In this document: piece after piece, positions 55,881 to 64,000 of the stretch | How positions within the stretch are numbered: position 1 is the stretch's first letter | How the letters are laid out: each line of letters opens with the position of its first letter | Origin: Thermoplasmatota archaeon | GTDB taxonomy: Archaea; Thermoplasmatota; Penumbrarchaeia; Penumbrarchaeales; Penumbrarchaeaceae | DNA length: 64,000 nt | Assembly (NCBI GenBank): GCA_025457865.1 | Contig: JALOTP010000012.1 | Span: forward strand, 1,443 to 65,442 | Direction: 5' to 3' | Position numbers and translations under genes: made by a program | Notes under the pieces: generated by a model | The model's database searches: none | Seen by the model: the letters and a program-made list of their open reading frames with translations, nothing else | What the model was told of the DNA's origin: nothing

Positions 55881-57110
55881 ATGAGAAAAAAGGTCTCACA
55901 ACCGTTCAAGTTCGAGCTATTCGACATAAACGGCAAGAGGCTCACTGCGACGAGGGACCTCTTCCGCCGTTACCTGGAGACCGATTGGGAGAAGAAGGAC
56001 AAGAATGTCAAACTGTTCCAGTTCATCCTCCCCTTCGTCCTGGGAGCCGTCATCCTTGCTCTTAGCGTTGGTAGCGTGCTAGTATCTATGGGTTGGCCTA
56101 CAGCGAAGAACCTCCTCAATGTCTGGCTGTTCTATGCGATCCCACTTATGGGCAAGGAGATACTCATCCCGAAGACCATCCTCGGTTCCAACCCCCCACC
56201 CGCGCTCCTCGTGGGTGCCGTCACTTCGCTCATAGACGTCTGCTACTGCCTATTCCTGATCTGGAACTACGACTGGATCAAATCCGTGAAGTACCTCGGC
56301 CCCAAGCTCACGACGGCCGAGGAGAAGGGTAAGGAAAGGGTCGCCAGGTCCAAATGGTTCTCCAAGGCCGCATTCTTAGCTACCACCATGTTCGTTCTCG
56401 TCCCCTTCAAAGGGGCCGGAGGCATCGGAGGGGCGATACTTGGTAGGATAATGGGTTTGAAGCCTTACAAGGTCCTGTTAGCGGTCCTTGTCGGTTCGAT
56501 GGTTGAATCCCTCACCTATGCCTTTCTATCGGAATCGATAAGCCCCATACTGGATAGCTCTCCGCTCTTCGGTTGGCTCAAGACGGTCAATGTCCTCCAG
56601 ATCTTCATGGTCATGGTGATGATAGTCCTGATAATATATGTCATAAGGAACCCGAAAAAGGCAGTGACGAACACGGCAGGGTCATTGACAAAGGTCATGG
56701 ACCTTGCAGAGGAAGGGGTCATCGCCTTCGAGGGATTGAGCGAAAGGACGACCAGGTTCACCCTCATGAGCAATAGGGAGACCATAAGGGAACTGAACCA
56801 GGCGACCGATCTGCTGGTGGATCAGAGAATGGACATCATCACCGCACCGGTGAGGGTCCTTGGACCGCAGGGGGAGCAGCTGGCACTGGCCGTCAAGGAG
56901 AGCGGGAATGACGGCATATCGATTGCCAAAGGAGCGCTCAGAAGGACGGCCGGTAATGGTCTGTCACTATCCGGAAGGTCCTTGAAAAGAGCAGCCAGGA
57001 TAACGGTCGTAGGATTACGGATGGCAAAGGGCGGTGTCAAGAAGGGCGAATACATAGTCCTCTTGGTCGGGGGGCATGTCCATAAGGTCCTGAGGGCGGA
57101 CAGGGACTGA
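55881..57110 (+). CDS. Membrane protein with small-multidrug-export-like core and C-terminal helical extension
   Basis: PLMGKE, WNYD, FVLVPFKGAGGIGGAILGRIMG; start uncertain. Confidence 0.7.
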   Translation: MRKKVSQPFKFELFDINGKRLTATRDLFRRYLETDWEKKDKNVKLFQFILPFVLGAVILALSVGSVLVSMGWPTAKNLLNVWLFYAIPLMGKEILIPKTILGSNPPPALLVGAVTSLIDVCYCLFLIWNYDWIKSVKYLGPKLTTAEEKGKERVARSKWFSKAAFLATTMFVLVPFKGAGGIGGAILGRIMGLKPYKVLLAVLVGSMVESLTYAFLSESISPILDSSPLFGWLKTVNVLQIFMVMVMIVLIIYVIRNPKKAVTNTAGSLTKVMDLAEEGVIAFEGLSERTTRFTLMSNRETIRELNQATDLLVDQRMDIITAPVRVLGPQGEQLALAVKESGNDGISIAKGALRRTAGNGLSLSGRSLKRAARITVVGLRMAKGGVKKGEYIVLLVGGHVHKVLRADRD

Positions 57111-57239
57111 CAATTGAGCATAATTGGCCAATGAATACCATATTGGTAAATTACCCGGTAAAAGAATAAATAATATGCCATCATTATTACTATGAGATCG
57201 AATACGGGAACAGAATGGAACGGGTCAGGTGCGTTCGGG

Positions 57240-59510
57240 ATGGCCGACAAGACAAAGAAGACCGTCAGGAAGCGTGGCTACGGTTTTGGAACGGCCCCGG
57301 TCTTCCTGACCTCCGTCTGCGCTATCATGGGCGCCATAATGTTCTTGAGGTTCGGGTTCGCGCTCGGTCATGTCGGACTTCTCTATGCCCTTCTAATCAT
57401 AGTCCTGGGTCATGCAATAACCATCCCGACAGGCCTTGCCGTTTCCGAGATAGCAACGAACCTCAGGGTGGGGGGAGGGGGCGAATATTACATGATCAGC
57501 CGGTCCTTCGGACCAAGGATAGGGGGCACGATCGGTGTCATGCTATATGCGGCCCAAGCGATCTCGGTCTCTTTCTACATCATTGGTTTCACTGAAGGGG
57601 TGAAGCCACTTGTACCGTTCATCCAGGAACAGCTCTTGGACCGATTGCCCTTCGGCATGGTCTACGACCCGAGGATGATAAGCATCCCCCTGGGTCTGGT
57701 GATGTTCACCATCCTTCTGACAAGGGGGGCGAACATCGGGATAAAGCTCCTCTATGTGATATTCGCCGGAATGATGGCAGGGGTGGCGGTCTTCATGATA
57801 AGCCCCTCCATGGCAGGTGCCCCATCAGGTATCACTGAGACCACGGCGAACCCGCTCCCGTTCATCACGGTCTTTGCCATTGTCTTCCCAGCCTTCACGG
57901 GGATGACGGCAGGGGTCGGACTGTCCGGTGACCTGAAGGACCCTGGAAAATCGATCCCCAAAGGGATAATGATCGCTATAGGCATGGGTTTCTTCGTATA
58001 TCTGGCAATGATCATCAAATTGTATCTTAGCGCACCTACTGAATCACTTGCTTCCAATAATCTGATAATATATGACCTTGCAAAGGGGATAACGCCGAAC
58101 ATCAACCTTGGAGCGGTCATTCTCATTGGCCTCTTCGGCGCTACACTTTCATCAGCAGTGGGCTTTGCCCTCATTGCCCCCAGGACCTTACAGGCTCTGA
58201 GCGGCGACAAGATCATCCCCAACAGGACCATAATGGACTTCCTCAAGTTCGGCCGCGGGAGGGAGAACGAACCTACGAATGCGATGCTCATATCCTCATT
58301 GATAGCGATGGTATTCCTCTTCTTGGGCGACCTGAACGCGGTCGCTCAGATCATCACCATGTTCTTCCTCATCACCTACGGCTCTGTCTGTCTGATATCG
58401 TTCATGGAGCATTTCGCCGGAAACCCCTCTTACAGACCCACGTTCAAGACACGATGGTACATATCGCTGGTCGGTGCGGTCCTCTGCTTCGGTGTGATGT
58501 TCCAGTTCAGCCCCATCTACGCTATCGTCACCCTGCTCATCATGGGGGGCATCTATCTAAGCCTCGGCTACCGCCATAAGAGGTCCAGGTCCTTCGCCAT
58601 AATCTTCCAGGGCGTGATGTTCCAGCTAGCCAGGTTCATGAAGATCAATCTGCAGAGGAGCATGTCAAAACCGGACAAGTTCAACTGGAGGCCGTCCGTC
58701 ATCGCCATAACGACGGATGCCAAGGAGCGCGCCAGTCCCAAGGACGTCCTTCGATGGATATCCCATCATTACGGCTTCGGTACCTTGCTCCATCTGAGCA
58801 TAGGGAAGCTCGACAAGGACACTCTCAAAGCATCCAAGAGGATCGAGAAGGACCTCATCAGGGAGATGAGGATGACCAAGGCGAACTATTCGGTCGCAAC
58901 TCTGGTATCGCCTTCCATGCTGACCGCTGTTGCGCAAACGGTCCAGATATCGGGCATATCCGGTCTTGACAACAACACGATAATGTTCGAGTTCAATCAG
59001 AACAGGACAGAAGAGATCCCTAAGGTAATGGAGGGCATCAGGACCGCAATGGCCGCGAGCTTCAATACCCTGGTCCTGAGGTCCACGGAGCACAATTTCG
59101 GAACGAGGAGGAACATAGACCTGTGGATCATGAAGGACGATTTCAGGAACGTGAACCTGATGATACTCCTTGCCTACATCATCCTGGAACACCAGGAATG
59201 GAGCGAGGCGGATATCACCATCCACACACTGTTCCCGCGGGGGGAGAAGGCACAGCTTGCCAAGAGGGTTAAGATGCTGATCTCCAAAGGGAGATTGCCC
59301 ATATCCGTCAGGTCGGTCCGCTCCTATTCATACGATAGCGAAGAGGAGGTCCGGTCCATAATCAAGAAGTATTCACATGATTCGGACCTTACCATAATGG
59401 GTTTCACGTTAGAGGAGATAGAGAAGGAGGGGTCCGATATCTTCACCAGGTATCCCATAGCGACCGATACTCTCTTCGTATCGGCAGTCCAGGATATCGT
59501 CATAGTATGA
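57240..59510 (+). CDS. Cation-chloride cotransporter (SLC12-like) / APC permease with cytosolic C-terminal domain
   Basis: GAIMFLRFG, SEIATN...GGGEYYMISRSFG, FPAFTGMTAG...SGDLKDP, RPTFK, NWRP; alternative start 57192. Confidence 0.88.
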   Translation: MADKTKKTVRKRGYGFGTAPVFLTSVCAIMGAIMFLRFGFALGHVGLLYALLIIVLGHAITIPTGLAVSEIATNLRVGGGGEYYMISRSFGPRIGGTIGVMLYAAQAISVSFYIIGFTEGVKPLVPFIQEQLLDRLPFGMVYDPRMISIPLGLVMFTILLTRGANIGIKLLYVIFAGMMAGVAVFMISPSMAGAPSGITETTANPLPFITVFAIVFPAFTGMTAGVGLSGDLKDPGKSIPKGIMIAIGMGFFVYLAMIIKLYLSAPTESLASNNLIIYDLAKGITPNINLGAVILIGLFGATLSSAVGFALIAPRTLQALSGDKIIPNRTIMDFLKFGRGRENEPTNAMLISSLIAMVFLFLGDLNAVAQIITMFFLITYGSVCLISFMEHFAGNPSYRPTFKTRWYISLVGAVLCFGVMFQFSPIYAIVTLLIMGGIYLSLGYRHKRSRSFAIIFQGVMFQLARFMKINLQRSMSKPDKFNWRPSVIAITTDAKERASPKDVLRWISHHYGFGTLLHLSIGKLDKDTLKASKRIEKDLIREMRMTKANYSVATLVSPSMLTAVAQTVQISGISGLDNNTIMFEFNQNRTEEIPKVMEGIRTAMAASFNTLVLRSTEHNFGTRRNIDLWIMKDDFRNVNLMILLAYIILEHQEWSEADITIHTLFPRGEKAQLAKRVKMLISKGRLPISVRSVRSYSYDSEEEVRSIIKKYSHDSDLTIMGFTLEEIEKEGSDIFTRYPIATDTLFVSAVQDIVIV

Positions 59511-59638
59511 AGCAAGGTCCCCTCGAAAGTCAATGACGGGAAGGCCGAACGGATTTCCGATGAGATCGGTCGAAATACCCTTTTGTTCGAATACATGGAG
59601 TTCCCCAAAAGACTTAAGAACCTGTCCGCATCATAGTT

Positions 59639-60337
59639 ATGCCCATGAGGTATCATTGGACCTTGGTCTTGGCCCTTTCCATCCTATTCCTCTGCCCCCT
59701 GACCCTGCAGGTCAATTCGGCCGAGAGGAGGAGCGCTGTCGAGGTGATAGACATAGACAGACCTCTGGTCTTCACCATCGATTACGGTGCAGGTGACAGG
59801 ATGGCCCTATCAGCCGCTATCCATGTCACAGGTCCTCCGATATCGGTTTTCCTGATCAAGGGAAAGGCATCGTTCAGGGACTGGGTCCGCAGCGAGGATG
59901 TGGATATCGATGATATCAAAACGGGGAACGCATCCTCGGGAATGAATTCCACCTTCATGGTCGTGACCAATTTCTCAATCATGAACATAACCGAGTTCGA
60001 TCGTTCGATGGACATAGGCAACAGGGACGTTTACTATCTTGTGATCGCCATCCACAGGTATGCCGGAATGCCCGCGGTCGATATCCTCCTTCAGACCTCA
60101 ACAGTTGATTATGATATCACCTGGGAATTCGAAGATAAGGAGGTCCCGCTCTGGCTCCTGCCCCTGGCAATGCTCTTCTTCATAGCCGGGACCGTAATGG
60201 TCGTTTACTACGTCTGGACCAGGATGGCCCGTATTCCCGAACCCCTTGAAGAAGAACCCCGAAGACGGGACTTTGGTGGCCGTGCTGCAACTCGCTCCAA
60301 CAGAGGTCCGATCGGACGCCCACCATCGAAGAGATAG
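59639..60337 (+). CDS. Hypothetical secreted/membrane-anchored protein
   Basis: Signal peptide and C-terminal TM. Confidence 0.65.
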   Translation: MPMRYHWTLVLALSILFLCPLTLQVNSAERRSAVEVIDIDRPLVFTIDYGAGDRMALSAAIHVTGPPISVFLIKGKASFRDWVRSEDVDIDDIKTGNASSGMNSTFMVVTNFSIMNITEFDRSMDIGNRDVYYLVIAIHRYAGMPAVDILLQTSTVDYDITWEFEDKEVPLWLLPLAMLFFIAGTVMVVYYVWTRMARIPEPLEEEPRRRDFGGRAATRSNRGPIGRPPSKR

Positions 60338-60339
60338 GC

Positions 60340-60669
60340 CTATTCCGCCCTCTTCGATTTGTTGATGTAGTTCATCTGCAGGTCCATAAGTGTCCTTCTC
60401 AGGTCCTTTACCAGTTCCTTTCCAAGGTAGGGGGAAAGGGTGTTGAGATTTGCCTCGAAGAGGTCTATGGCAAGTTTGGCCTGCTCCAGGTCGAGCTCGG
60501 GGACCGCCCCGCCGTGGAGAGGTACCAGGCCGAGATGGTGCCATGCTTGGCCAGCATAAAGGGATAGGTTGTAGGTGGCAACATCCTTGACGGAGCTCAG
60601 TGCCTTTAGCAGCGCTTCCTGTTGGTCGGTCTCTGGAACTTCTGGGTCCTGTTCTTCTTCCCCGGTCAT
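60340..60669 (-). CDS. DUF1844-like protein
   Basis: AWHHLG...DLEQAKLAID...LQMNY; GGAGG SD. Confidence 0.75.
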   Translation of the reverse strand: MTGEEEQDPEVPETDQQEALLKALSSVKDVATYNLSLYAGQAWHHLGLVPLHGGAVPELDLEQAKLAIDLFEANLNTLSPYLGKELVKDLRRTLMDLQMNYINKSKRAE

Positions 60670-60698
60670 GGTCGTCCCTCCAATTTAAGCGGTGAATG

Positions 60699-61565
60699 TC
60701 AACTATATCTTAAATCTCTTCTCTTTCGCGCCCTCTCGGTCCCCCAACCATCGTCCTCATCATCGTTCAGCCATTCGACCGTGTTCTTCTTTGAGGGTTT
60801 TTTTTCTGGAATTATGTCCATGGAGCGCACCGTTCCCAGGTCTATCTCGAAATCCTCTTCGTCCTCTTCCTCCTCCCCCCAATCCTCCTCTTCAACGTCC
60901 TCCTCCTCGTCCTCGTCCCAGTTCACACCAGAGGACCGGACCGTCCTCCTGTTGGCATTGGCCTGGGCTTCCTCGGTCATGAACCTTGGTGCTGCCGCCC
61001 CCACGGTCTCTACCTTCCTTGGTCCCCTGCCATCAGGTCTGCTCCGTTCGAATAGTGAAGCCCCGGAAGCTCCGGATCGGGTTTCGAAAGGCCGACCCTT
61101 GGTAACGAAGTCACGGTCCTCGGCAGAGGCCCTGAAATCCGTGATGGGGGCGCCGTTCTCGTCCCGGGGCAGGTCGGTCTGAGGGGTATCAGGGTCTGGG
61201 AAATCGCCCCCTCTCTGGCCGGAGAGGTCCATCTGCTCGAAGGTCTTGATCTGCTCTTCCAGGAACTTTTTCAGGTCCAGTGCCCTCTCGACCTCCTCGC
61301 TGCCGCCAAGGTCCCTCAGGCCCGTTCTCAGCTTTTCCTCCGATATCCTGCCCTCCCTGAAAGCTGTCAGGAGGGTACGTTTCTTCTTCATTATCTTGAG
61401 AGTTTCGGGATCGACCTTCTTCCTGCTAGCATTGGGACTGCCTGGGCCGGCACTTCTTGGGATCGCTTTCCTCGCATGGAAACGCAGCCCGCAGACCGCA
61501 CAGTAATCGAGATTGAAGCCGTTCCTTTCAGAACAGTTGGGGCAAATGTCCGGGTTCGCTCCCAT
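60699..61565 (-). CDS. Hypothetical protein with N-terminal zinc ribbon and acidic disordered tail
   Basis: CPNC...CAVC; E/D-rich tract. Confidence 0.65.
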   Translation of the reverse strand: MGANPDICPNCSERNGFNLDYCAVCGLRFHARKAIPRSAGPGSPNASRKKVDPETLKIMKKKRTLLTAFREGRISEEKLRTGLRDLGGSEEVERALDLKKFLEEQIKTFEQMDLSGQRGGDFPDPDTPQTDLPRDENGAPITDFRASAEDRDFVTKGRPFETRSGASGASLFERSRPDGRGPRKVETVGAAAPRFMTEEAQANANRRTVRSSGVNWDEDEEEDVEEEDWGEEEEDEEDFEIDLGTVRSMDIIPEKKPSKKNTVEWLNDDEDDGWGTERARKRRDLRYS

Positions 61566-61642
61566 CGTGTTCGGATTGATAGGTTTCTATATATATTTTA
61601 AGTGAAGAATCACAAAACAGGCAACGAACCGGCGGGAGGTCC

Positions 61643-62623
61643 CTATTCCTTAGCTGTGGACCTGTCCTGCTGGAACCATCGGAAAGTGGACCTGATGCCT
61701 TCCTTGAGCTCGATAGCTGGCTCCCAGGAGAGCTTCTCCATCGCAAGGCCGATGTCAGCACAGGACCGCAGTATCTCCCCCTTTCTTGCAGGCATGTTCA
61801 CGGTCCTTGGGGGGATGCCCGCGGCCGATGCAACCTCCCTGGTCAGGTCCGATATGGAAGTCTCCTTTCCCGTGCCTATGTTATAGGTCCCGGATGATGG
61901 GCTGGACGCAGCGCAGTAAATGGCCTCTGCGACATCACGGACATGAACGAAGTCCCTGGTCTGACTTCCGTCCCCATAGATGATGAAGGGTTCCGAGGAT
62001 AGGGCCCAGGACATGAACTTGCTTATCACACCGGAATAGGGATTGGATGGGTTCTGCCTTGGTCCGTACACATTGAAGAACCGGAGGGATTTGCACGAGA
62101 GCCCGTACTGGGCGGAATATATCCTCATCAGCTGCTCAGATGAGAGCTTGTTGAGGCCGTAGGGGGAGAGCGGAGCCGTGACCTCGTCCTCCCCGACAGG
62201 TACCTTGGAGGTGTCGCCGAACACCGCGGCGGACGATGAGAAGACCATGTTCTTGGTCCCAGCCCTCAGCGCATGCTCAAGCACGTTCAATGTGCCGAGG
62301 TAATTGACCTCAAGGTCCTCATGGACCTTATCGAAAGATGTGGTGACATCAACCCTTGCGGCAAGATGGACTATTGTGCCGATAGGGGGACCGTCCCCTA
62401 TGGACTGGGGCGTCAGGGCAAGCTCCAAAGGCCTCCTGATATCTCCCTTGATGAATTTGAAAGAGGGGTCATCCATCCATCTTTCCAGGTTCTTCATAGA
62501 ACCAGAGGAGAGATTGTCAAGGACCATGACGGGATGCCCTCGCTCCATGAGAAGGTCCACCAGGTTCGAGCCTATGAACCCGGCCCCACCTGTGACAAGC
62601 ACCATCTCATTGCTCAATGCCAT
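61643..62623 (-). CDS. NAD-dependent epimerase/dehydratase (GalE/WbpP-like)
   Basis: TGGAGFIGS, HLAA, SSSAA, YGLNK, FNVYGPRQ, GDGSQTRDFV; GGAGG SD before ATG at 62623. Confidence 0.92.
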   Translation of the reverse strand: MALSNEMVLVTGGAGFIGSNLVDLLMERGHPVMVLDNLSSGSMKNLERWMDDPSFKFIKGDIRRPLELALTPQSIGDGPPIGTIVHLAARVDVTTSFDKVHEDLEVNYLGTLNVLEHALRAGTKNMVFSSSAAVFGDTSKVPVGEDEVTAPLSPYGLNKLSSEQLMRIYSAQYGLSCKSLRFFNVYGPRQNPSNPYSGVISKFMSWALSSEPFIIYGDGSQTRDFVHVRDVAEAIYCAASSPSSGTYNIGTGKETSISDLTREVASAAGIPPRTVNMPARKGEILRSCADIGLAMEKLSWEPAIELKEGIRSTFRWFQQDRSTAKE

Positions 62624-62705
62624 GGTCAGACCTCCCGATATCTGCCATGGGAATAACAGGCCCGCCATATAAAGACCATACGACCCTGGGAAAGGACATT
62701 GACGG

Positions 62706-63587
62706 TCAGCGGAGGTTATGGCCCCTAACCTTCCGCTTGAAGGTGGGACCCATTCCCATGGCCCGGCCGCGTTTCTCATCGTAAAGCAGAGAGAGGCAGG
62801 TGAAAAGGAACGCGGGTGCAAGGAGCGCAAGGACCATCCCCAGACCGGGGACCATCATCAGGACCATGGCAGCTACTTGGTATAGAAGGCCGAGACCCAG
62901 AGCTTCCCTCCAGTGTTCGGACATGAACTTGATGCTGGTTGACACGGCATCCCACCCATACCTCCCTTCCTTCCAATAGAGGATATACGGAAGATAGTGA
63001 AAAGGCATAACGACGACCCCCAATGCCAAGGACACCAACCAGATCAAGATGTAGTAGAAGAGGAAACCGATGACCGGGAAGATAAGGAGTGGGATGGCTA
63101 TGACAGATACGATCGTGATAGGGACAAGGGTGACAACCAATATGATCACTATCTTAAGGAGCTCCATCTTCATGAAGGACCATCGGTCCTTCCATCCCGT
63201 CTTTATCAGGTCACCGAACTGGTTTTTCCTCCCAGACATGATGTCCAGGACCGCTTTGGAAAGCCCTCCGTTAAGAACACCGTTGACGAAAGACATGACC
63301 ACGATCAGGACCGGAAACAGGACTATGAACACCAGAAGGACCAGGAACGGAAACAGTATGATCGATAGGAAGCCGAATCCGAACGGGCCATCAGATAGTA
63401 GGAAGCCCCCTATAAGGCCTAAGATGGAGAGGACGATCAAAACGCCTATGATGCCCAATATGCCGAAGACCAGTACAGAGCTTACGACCATGGTCGCAAG
63501 GTAATACTCGGCCGAAGGCAGGATGTACTTCCCGAGGTCCCTCTTCCACAGACCGAAGGCTTCTTTGGCTATTTCGTAGGCTCTCAT
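62706..63587 (-). CDS. Polytopic membrane protein of unknown function
   Basis: Highly hydrophobic 293-aa ORF; ATGA overlap with the upstream paralog. Confidence 0.75.
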   Translation of the reverse strand: MRAYEIAKEAFGLWKRDLGKYILPSAEYYLATMVVSSVLVFGILGIIGVLIVLSILGLIGGFLLSDGPFGFGFLSIILFPFLVLLVFIVLFPVLIVVMSFVNGVLNGGLSKAVLDIMSGRKNQFGDLIKTGWKDRWSFMKMELLKIVIILVVTLVPITIVSVIAIPLLIFPVIGFLFYYILIWLVSLALGVVVMPFHYLPYILYWKEGRYGWDAVSTSIKFMSEHWREALGLGLLYQVAAMVLMMVPGLGMVLALLAPAFLFTCLSLLYDEKRGRAMGMGPTFKRKVRGHNLR

Positions 63588-64000
63588 ATCTTTTTCGCCC
63601 CTTTCTTCTCATCGTAGAGGAGCTGAAGGCACGTCATCATGTATGGTGGGCCCAAGATGCCGATGATGATGCCTATTCCGGGTAATAATCTGGAAATGAA
63701 CAGGGCAATGACATACAGGAACCCGAGTCCGAACACCTCGCCCGGGTATCTGAAAGCGAAGGAGAACCCCCCCTTCACTGCCTGCCATCCGTCCCTTCCC
63801 TCGTTCCAGTGGATGATGTGGGGAAGTTGGTTCAAAGGCACAATGAATATCATTAGTAGAAGGACGATCAGGAAAAAGAACAGGTATGCGAAGATGAAAA
63901 GAAATGAGAACAGGGGATCAAGGACCATGAGCAGGATGAACGGAATGAAGAATACCAGCATAGGGATCGCGGCCATCGGAAAGATGACAAGTATCGTAAT
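63584..64000 (-). CDS. Paralog of 62706-63587, 5'-truncated by window edge
   Basis: Frame open to the window end; shared WxEGRxGWxAV and TCLxLLYDEKxG motifs. Confidence 0.75.
   Translation of the reverse strand: MTILVIFPMAAIPMLVFFIPFILLMVLDPLFSFLFIFAYLFFFLIVLLLMIFIVPLNQLPHIIHWNEGRDGWQAVKGGFSFAFRYPGEVFGLGFLYVIALFISRLLPGIGIIIGILGPPYMMTCLQLLYDEKKGAKKI

Noticed and set aside
60860-60920. (TCC/TCG)n trinucleotide-like tract
   Set aside because: It simply encodes the Glu/Asp-rich segment of the minus-strand protein.
469-63612. Numerous long antisense or alternative-frame ORFs (e.g. 6601-7596, 14009-14992, 42594-43469, 46156-46989)
   Set aside because: They are shadows of well-supported genes in GC-rich DNA and have no motifs or SD support.

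Overview
64 kb of gene-dense, GC-rich (by eye) chromosome from an archaeon. Evidence: TATA/BRE-type promoters, GGTGA-type Shine-Dalgarno (SD) motifs, XPD helicase, a dolichol-phosphate glycosyltransferase, and giant C-terminally anchored surface proteins. The gene set suggests a peptide-degrading Thermoplasmatota lineage (inference). Contents: housekeeping genes (adk, panE, XPD, UbiD-family decarboxylase, rsgA), transporters (BtuFCD-like ABC, DrrAB-like ABC, MscS, RND/MMPL, POT/MFS, Na/Ca exchanger, EamA, SLC12-like), amino-acid/protein catabolism (clostripain, trypsin-like protease, asparaginase II, LKR+SDH, nitrilase), four very large surface proteins and two tRNAs (Gly-GCC, Leu-CAA). No integrase, transposase or CRISPR array was found. 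The most unusual signal is at the tRNAs. Both are followed by short non-coding tandem units (138-214 bp) that duplicate the tRNA 3' end. The units are built from inverted repeats with 23-25-nt spacers, including one that folds back onto the tRNA 3' end with a 24-nt spacer at both loci. Both loci also share a 25-nt covarying hairpin (TGGAAAAT-NNN-NAA-NNN-ATTTTTCA) in tRNA-sense orientation. This points to a possibly undescribed tRNA-anchored mini-element or RNA system. The second signal is the LKR-SDH junction: there is no canonical start for SDH near the junction, so it needs either an ATC/ATT start or a +1 frameshift at GGG-TGA giving an AASS-like fusion. All product calls come from motif recognition by eye, not database searches.
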